Below, in pieces: positions 58,210 to 64,000 of a DNA stretch of 64,000 bases; the stretch's first letter is position 1; every line of letters begins with the position of its first letter. The position numbers were made by a program, and so were the translations under genes. This DNA is from Mantamonas sphyraenae STR306 (taxonomy: Eukaryota; Protista; CRuMs): positions 186,001 through 250,000 of the forward strand of contig JAPMXV010000020.1 in the NCBI GenBank assembly GCA_026936335.1, given 5' to 3'. The notes under the pieces are model-generated. The model was not told where the DNA came from. It worked only from the letters and a program-made list of their open reading frames with translations, and searched no databases.

Positions 58210-61200
58210 TCATTCAACCTCCACCACCACCACCTCCTCATCATATTCTTCACGCGAGGGTGCCCCCCGGAAACTGGCAGATGACCCAACATCGGAATGC
58301 TCATCGTTCCCTGTCACCGGAAACTCGATGTTGGACAGAGGTCCCAACGCATTGTCACCAAAGAATCCCCTCAACTGCTCGTACCCGACCACAAACAGAC
58401 CGCACATCTTGACTGTCACTCCCCCCTGCACCACCGCCGTGTGCTGCCACTCCGCCAACTCTTTCTGCAGATCCCGATGGATGTGGTTCATCCCCATGTT
58501 GGCCACGAGTGGTTTGTGTCGGGGTTCTGTGTTCAGAGCCATCACAGCATCCATCATCGCCATTTTCAGAGCCTCTCCAAACGAGAGTGCTTGGTGTTTC
58601 CCGGTTGTCGTCACAATGCCCAGAACAACGCTGATCTGCGTTGCCCCCATGCGACGTCCAAGCTGCGCAATCTGCTCCCTGGCCGAGTCCACCTTGAGAA
58701 ACTCATCCCAACAGTGGAGCTCATTCAATGAAGTGCTCTGTGCGTAGTGCTTGCACTGGATACACTCCATCAGCAGATGGTCCTGGTCTCCAGCAACTTG
58801 AAAAAACGTGAAAACATCTGCAAAGGGCGCACCCCTTCCGTTGATGTACACACGATTGACTTGCGGCTGTGTAGATTTGAACGCATCTTTGACATACCTT
58901 GTTTCACCTTCTTTCATCTTTTTCAGACTGGCTTTCATCTTGTCAATGTGAATATCGTCGACCTCAGCTTCCATCTTGTCGACCTCGGCTTCCATCTTGT
59001 CGACCTCGGCTTCCATCTTGTCGACCTCGATTTGCTTCGTGTCATAATCGCTGCCCCGAGGGAATCGGTGCTTCATCGCCACCGGGATGAGGTAATCGCC
59101 ACCCAGATTCGTTCTGATTTGAAAATCAGCCGTTCTGAGTGGCACGCTTGCCCCGCTATTCCAAATTTTCCAGTACGGCATTGTCCCGTTCTCATTGCAC
59201 CGGTACTGACCCAGGTACAGCTTGAGGGCCACAAACTTGGCACAAAATTCTTCAAACCCGGGCCCGTCACGGAGCACAACAGAGTCCATGTGCCAAGTGC
59301 GTGTCCAGTCGGTCGTCAACGCCACCAAGGTCCCGTCCACACTGAAACAGCCACCTCGCTTGGTGACAAGCCCATTGTTTTCAGCATCTGGGTGCTCTTT
59401 CTCCAGCTCATTCAGGGGCAGGTTGAACAGCTCCCCGGAAAGCAGTTTGTTTGAGTTGTCTTCGTCGAAGGATGAGTGCCACTTCCTGGCGAGACTTTTG
59501 ATGGCATCTTGCGCCAATCTCCGGAGGTCATCATGCTGATCACGTTCCAGAGCTTCCTTGAACTCGGCGTTGTTCTTCTTTGCCCGATTGCAAAATCGAA
59601 TCATTGCCAGCGGAGACCCACCAAGCATGACGGACAGGCGGTTGCACTTATCCAAATCGATGTCAATGCTGAGAGCTGTGGCCAACTGCTGGAACATGGC
59701 ACCAGTGAACCACTTCATGTGGAAAGGGAAATCCCCTCCTCCGCTTGATTTCACAGCCTGCTGCTTGGCAGCATGCACCAAGCCAGCGACTGCAAAAACA
59801 AGCCTGTAGTTCAATACTTGGTGGACGCCCGAAAGCTTGTCCGTGATGATCTTCAGTGCATGTTCCTTTTCCTGTCCAACTTTCGTCTCGCGCAGTTCCT
59901 GGCTCTCGTCAATGGTCACCAGCACCCACGCGTCCTCGACACCTAGTTTCTCCAAACCCACGGTGACGACATCTTCAATGCAGATCCGGTACTGCTGCAG
60001 CACCTTGTTCGCAAGTGAACTCGTGAGCACCTTGGTGGTTGTCCAGCCCATGAGCATTCGCAGGGCAAAAATCGTCTCCAGCTCATCTATGGATCGGTTG
60101 CTTTCGGTTGTGGCACTGTTTCCGCAGTTGTACGTCACGTGGAACACAAGCACGGACTTCTTCAGCACAGTCTCAAGCACCGACGGAAGCTCAAGCAGAA
60201 GTCGCGTTTTCCCCGATCCAGGCACAGTGACCGCAGAAAACACACCCATCCGCGGTTCCCGCAGGTCATTCTTATTCATGCTCAGGAAGTGGCGGAACTG
60301 CCTCTCGTAGTCATCCCGCCCAATCCACTCCTTGGTAGGCGATTCCAGCAGTCCGAGAGTCCCTGCCCATGGGCGAACAAAATCATCACGCAATTCCATT
60401 CCCAGTTCCTCCAACATGCGTTTCATGTCCACGAACGTGGTCAGTACTGTGCGCTCTGTTCATGTGGAATGTGCAATCAGCAAGAAGACGCAGGGCCGGT
60501 GTGAGCGCTCCTGCGCTGACGTGCCTGGCGTGACACCCTCCCACGACCACCACACACTCACCTCCCCATTTCTCTTGTGCGTTGCTCGCCCCTCGCCCAG
60601 TTTCTGTAGCCGTGGTGAGTGGTAGTGGCGTGTGAGTGGGCCGGGGACTGCACCAGCAAAGGATGCTGACGCGTGCTGGATGAGTGGGTCCCACGCACGA
60701 CCTACCTGGTCGTTTCCCATTGCCACCTTCAGTGAAACGTGTTGATGGCCCTTCTGTGTGCGTGGAGTGCATCAGAACCGGTGTGAGCGTGTGGGTGATC
60801 ACGCTTCCGGGCCAATTCCGCCCAATTCGCTGACGTGACACCCTCCTACACCCACCACACACTCACCTCCCCAATCCCCTTGTACGTTGCTCGCTCCTCG
60901 TCCAGCTCCTGTGGCCGTGGTGGGTCGTGGCGGCGTGTGAGAGGGCCGGGATAGTGCTGGGCACAGGGAAAATGGAACTCACCTGGTGCGGTATGATGCT
61001 GGCTCTGGGGAGTGTTTCCCAGTTGGTGCTTGTGTACCCTCTTCCTCAGATCATTCACGATCCCGGAAATGGTCAGCACTTCTTGTGCTGCGGCGTTCGC
61101 CAGCGTTTCTGCCCTCGTGCATGCATTCTCTGCACGTTTCACACGACCTTGCAGTCTCTGCTCATTTGGAGACTCCTCCAGGGCAGTGTACGCATTGTTC

Positions 61201-62021
61201 AGCTCCGTCTCAGCACTCGCCAGCTTCGTCTCAGCACTCGCCAGCTCCGTCTTGGCACTTGCCAGCATCGTCTCACCTTTCAGCAACTCATCTCTCTCTC
61301 CATCGTTTGTGTTGTTCGCCCCTCGCCCAGTTTCTGTGTTCGGGGTGGGTCATCATGGCGTGTGAGAGGGGCGGAAGGTGCTCGTTTACGTAGCAAGGGA
61401 TGACTGGGTCCCTCGCACGACCTACCTGCTCCTTTCCCTTGCTGAGACTCAGTGGAACCCGTTGAAGACCCCACTGTGTGCGTGGAGAGCATCAGAACCG
61501 GTGTGACGGGTGAGTGATCACGCTTCCCGCCAATTCGGCCCATTCCGCTGACGTGTCTGACGTGACGCCCTCCCACGACCACCACACACTCACCTCCACC
61601 TCCATCTTGTGTGTTGTTCGCCCCTCGCCTAGTTCCTGTGTTCGGGGTGGGTCATGATGGCGTGTGAGAGGCTGGGCGGATTCGAGCAATCAGGAAAACT
61701 CGGCAATCAGGAAACTCAGCAATCATCAGGAAAACCGCAATCAGGAAAACTCGGCCAACGAGGCCCGAACAACGTACTGATGGCATCAAAGGGCTCGCCT
61801 TCTTGGATGAGAGATGCACTTTGCAACTTCTCAACTGTGGTGTCGTTGGCCAGGAAAATCTCTTGCCATTCCAACCTGACCAATTCCACCTCTTCGCCCG
61901 TTTCCACCTTGTACATTTGGGCCACAGATTTCAGAATGTGCCCCACCGTCATTCCCTTCACCGTCGACACCTCGAAGAAGCGGTCCTCGACTTTGACACT
62001 GACGACGGCAGGCATCGACAT
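58210..62021 (-). CDS. Crinkler (CR)-like effector: Ubl-like header, mini-exon linker with coiled coil, P-loop NTPase, REase-like domain. Exons 61778-62021, 61594-61635, 61426-61473, 60983-61333, 60867-60908, 60706-60753, 60562-60603, 58210-60446 (~1017 aa)
   Basis: All seven introns are GT-AG and phase 1, and the joined frame is open. Walker A is 'PGSGKT', followed by 'VTYN' and Walker B 'LVTIDESQ'. The nuclease-like motif is 'NGRGAPFADVF...IQCKH'. Confidence 0.78.
58955..59030 (-). repeat. In-frame 21-bp tandem repeat encoding (EVDKMEA)x3+
   Basis: 'cttccatcttgtcgacctcgg' is repeated. Confidence 0.9.
60520..61670 (-). repeat. Tandemly duplicated exon-intron modules (four 42-nt type-A units and two 48-nt type-B exons with homologous introns)
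   Basis: 'ccaccacacactcacctcc', 'cacgacctacctg', 'catcagaaccggtgtga' and 'gcgtgtgag' recur on the plus strand. Confidence 0.88.
61685..61754. repeat. Short degenerate tandem repeat (~17 bp, gcaatcaggaaaactc, x4) in intron 1 of the CR-like gene
   Basis: Read directly from the sequence. Confidence 0.8.
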
Positions 62022-62159
62022 AGTAGGTCTGTGCACGCAGGCGCAACGACCCGATTGTCGTTGTTGTCGGCGGGGCGAAGAAGATGGACTTGATCGGAGG
62101 TGGGAAGGTTGGGTGGGGAGGGGAGGGTGGGCTGGAGGCTTTGCATGTGAATGGGTGGT

Positions 62160-64000
62160 TCATTCAAGGCGTTGGCGTTTGGAGGAGGAGGAGGAGGAGG
62201 AAGGGTCTTTGCGCTTGGGCAGGGTGAACGAGGGGATGGGGTAGGCGTTGACGGCATCGACGGTGGTGGGACGGGTGGTGATGTGGGGTGTGATGCGGTC
62301 GATGAGGGTGTGGAGGAGGGTGTGCAGTGTGGCGTCGCTGGGTTGGGGGTTGTCGAGCCAGGCGATCTTGAGGGAGAGGGAGGTGACGCCGCGGGTGAGG
62401 GTGGCGCTGATGGCACCAACCACCTGCTTGTAGGTGAGGCGTGGCCTGAGGAGGCGGACAAAGAAGGCCAGGTCGACAGGCGGCACGCTAATGTTGCCCA
62501 GCGCCAGGATGATGTGTCGCACCAGGGAGTTCAGATTGCCGGTGTTGATCAGCTCATGCAGTGCCTGGAGCTCGTGTGTGTGCTGATGGCGAGGGTGCTT
62601 GGCTGCGCGTGTCTTCATGTGTGCCAGCAGCGTCTGGAACTCCCGCGCCGTGCAGCTGCTACGCTCGTCGCCGTGATTAGCAATGTTCCAGCCGCTGCGC
62701 ACGGACTCAGGGTGCCAATTGTCCACCATGGTGGTGGTGAGTTGGTGGTCGTAGTCGCATTGTGTCCAGTGTGGGTCGCTGTCGTTGTCAGCAGGGCGTC
62801 GTGCTTTCTGCAGCCACAGCTGGGTCTCCTTGTGCTCCTTCCAGGTGGTGGGATGGGGCCTGGCACCCAGAGTGTCCATCTCTGTGATCAGCAGGTGGAG
62901 GAGGGCGTAGTTGGGGTCGCCGTGGTCGTGTGGTTCCTCCAGCCAGCACACCTTCGACCCAGCCTTCGTCACACCCATGGCCAGACCAGCGTTACTGATG
63001 GATTTTCTGCACTCCTGTTGATCCACTTCACGGCCGAGGAGGGTGAGGCAGAAGGCCATGTCGCCCTGGGAGAGGGGAATGTTGCCCAGAACGAGCTGAA
63101 TCTGTCGGACCAGCGTGTTCAGGGTGCCATGGCAGATCACAACACGCGCCTGCAGGCTCATGAGGTCAGGGATGTCGTCGATGGGATGCTCGTTGGCCAG
63201 GTTGTGCATGTGGTTCAGCAGTTCCGTGTGCTCCTTCTTGTTGCTGTGACTGCGCTCGCTCTTGCGCCAGGACGTCCAGCCACTGCGCATAACGCCATCT
63301 GGCAGTCCATCCTCCACAGCCAGCATCTCCTCCTCTGTAGGCTCGTGCAGAACAAGCTCGGGGATGTCGAGGGTGTTGACGGCGTCGCATGTGATGGGAC
63401 GGGTGGTGATGTGGGGTGTGATGCGGTCGATGAGGGTGTGGAGGAGGGTGTGCAGTGTGGCGTCGCTGGGTTTGGGGTTGTCGAGCCAGGTGATCTTGAG
63501 GGAAAGGGAGGTGACGCCACGAGTGAGGGTGGCGCTGATGGCAGTCACGACCTGCAGGTAGGTGATGTGTGGCCTGAGGAGGCGGACAAAGAAGGCCAGG
63601 TCGACAGGCGGCACGCCAACGTTGCCCAGCGCCAGGATGATGTGTCGCACCAGGGAATTCATGCTGCCGTTTTTGACCAGTTCACGCAGTGCCTGGTGCT
63701 CGTGTGAGTGCTGATGGCGAGGGTGCTTGGCTGCGCGTGCCTTCATGTGTGCCAGCAGCGTCCGGAACTCCCGCGTCGTGCAGCTGCCACGCTCGTCGTT
63801 GGGATTGTGCGTTGCCCAGCCACTGCGCACAGATTCAGAATGCCACGCGTCCACCTTGTTGGTGGTGAGGTGGTGGTCGTAGTCGCATTGTGTCCAGTGT
63901 GGGTCGCTGTCGTTGTCAGCAGGGCGTCGTGCTTTCTGCAGCCACAGCTGAGTTTTCTCGTGCTCCTTCCAGGTGGTGGGATGAGGTCTGTTGCCGAGAG
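62160..64000 (-). CDS. Uncharacterised tandem repeat-domain protein with a 1128-bp/376-aa period made of two homologous ~190-aa domains; 5' end beyond the window
   Basis: The frame is open to the window edge. 62283 matches 63411 and 62761 matches 63889 (offset 1128). The C-terminus is NLS-like: 'PKRK...KRQRLE'. Confidence 0.75.
   Translation of the reverse strand, partial: LGNRPHPTTWKEHEKTQLWLQKARRPADNDSDPHWTQCDYDHHLTTNKVDAWHSESVRSGWATHNPNDERGSCTTREFRTLLAHMKARAAKHPRHQHSHEHQALRELVKNGSMNSLVRHIILALGNVGVPPVDLAFFVRLLRPHITYLQVVTAISATLTRGVTSLSLKITWLDNPKPSDATLHTLLHTLIDRITPHITTRPITCDAVNTLDIPELVLHEPTEEEMLAVEDGLPDGVMRSGWTSWRKSERSHSNKKEHTELLNHMHNLANEHPIDDIPDLMSLQARVVICHGTLNTLVRQIQLVLGNIPLSQGDMAFCLTLLGREVDQQECRKSISNAGLAMGVTKAGSKVCWLEEPHDHGDPNYALLHLLITEMDTLGARPHPTTWKEHKETQLWLQKARRPADNDSDPHWTQCDYDHQLTTTMVDNWHPESVRSGWNIANHGDERSSCTAREFQTLLAHMKTRAAKHPRHQHTHELQALHELINTGNLNSLVRHIILALGNISVPPVDLAFFVRLLRPRLTYKQVVGAISATLTRGVTSLSLKIAWLDNPQPSDATLHTLLHTLIDRITPHITTRPTTVDAVNAYPIPSFTLPKRKDPSSSSSSSKRQRLE

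Noticed and set aside
60520-61670. Repeat-spacer-like pattern suggesting a CRISPR array
   Set aside because: The repeats are long and degenerate and coincide with splice donors and acceptors. The 'spacers' are homologous to each other, there are no cas genes, and the context is eukaryotic.
58166-62158. Classical DNA transposon or LTR element
   Set aside because: I saw no terminal inverted repeats, short target-site duplication, or DDE/RT motifs. The flanking direct repeats are coding sequence of gene X, not LTRs.
1-64000. rRNA/tRNA genes or an alternative genetic code
   Set aside because: No RNA genes were recognisable and the intergenic gaps are tiny. TAA, TAG and TGA all end conserved proteins at the expected positions. 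A tRNAscan/Infernal run is needed to exclude small RNAs.

Overview
This is a very gene-dense, GC-rich eukaryotic region that looks like a protist genome. It has short GT-AG introns, the standard genetic code and about 25 protein genes, often only 35-150 bp apart. The left part (1-35 kb) is mostly housekeeping and signalling genes: MICU1-like and MCU (mitochondrial Ca2+ uniporter subunits), a PrsW-type protease, an EVH1-PH protein, eEF1B-gamma, an LRR-membrane protein, COX19, CENP-P-like, SPFH/stomatin, ATG14/UVRAG-like, a kelch protein, a hybrid histidine kinase with fused HPt, a MATE transporter, an aspartic protease with a saposin insert, Sec24, an ANK-RING protein, a saposin-purple acid phosphatase and a coiled-coil protein. 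The right part (35-64 kb) looks accessory or conflict-related. It holds a ~4600-aa orphan membrane protein flanked by two LRR-ANK paralogues, and a large LRR multi-pass receptor. It also holds a Crinkler-like effector (Ubl header, linker of duplicated symmetric mini-exons, P-loop NTPase, restriction-endonuclease-like domain) bracketed by direct-repeat copies of an unrecognised repeat-domain gene. AATGAA recurs at many gene 3' ends, and a G-rich plus-strand skew persists regardless of gene orientation. I saw no rRNA, tRNA or CRISPR features. All family calls come from motif recognition by eye, with no database search. Splice sites were placed by hand.
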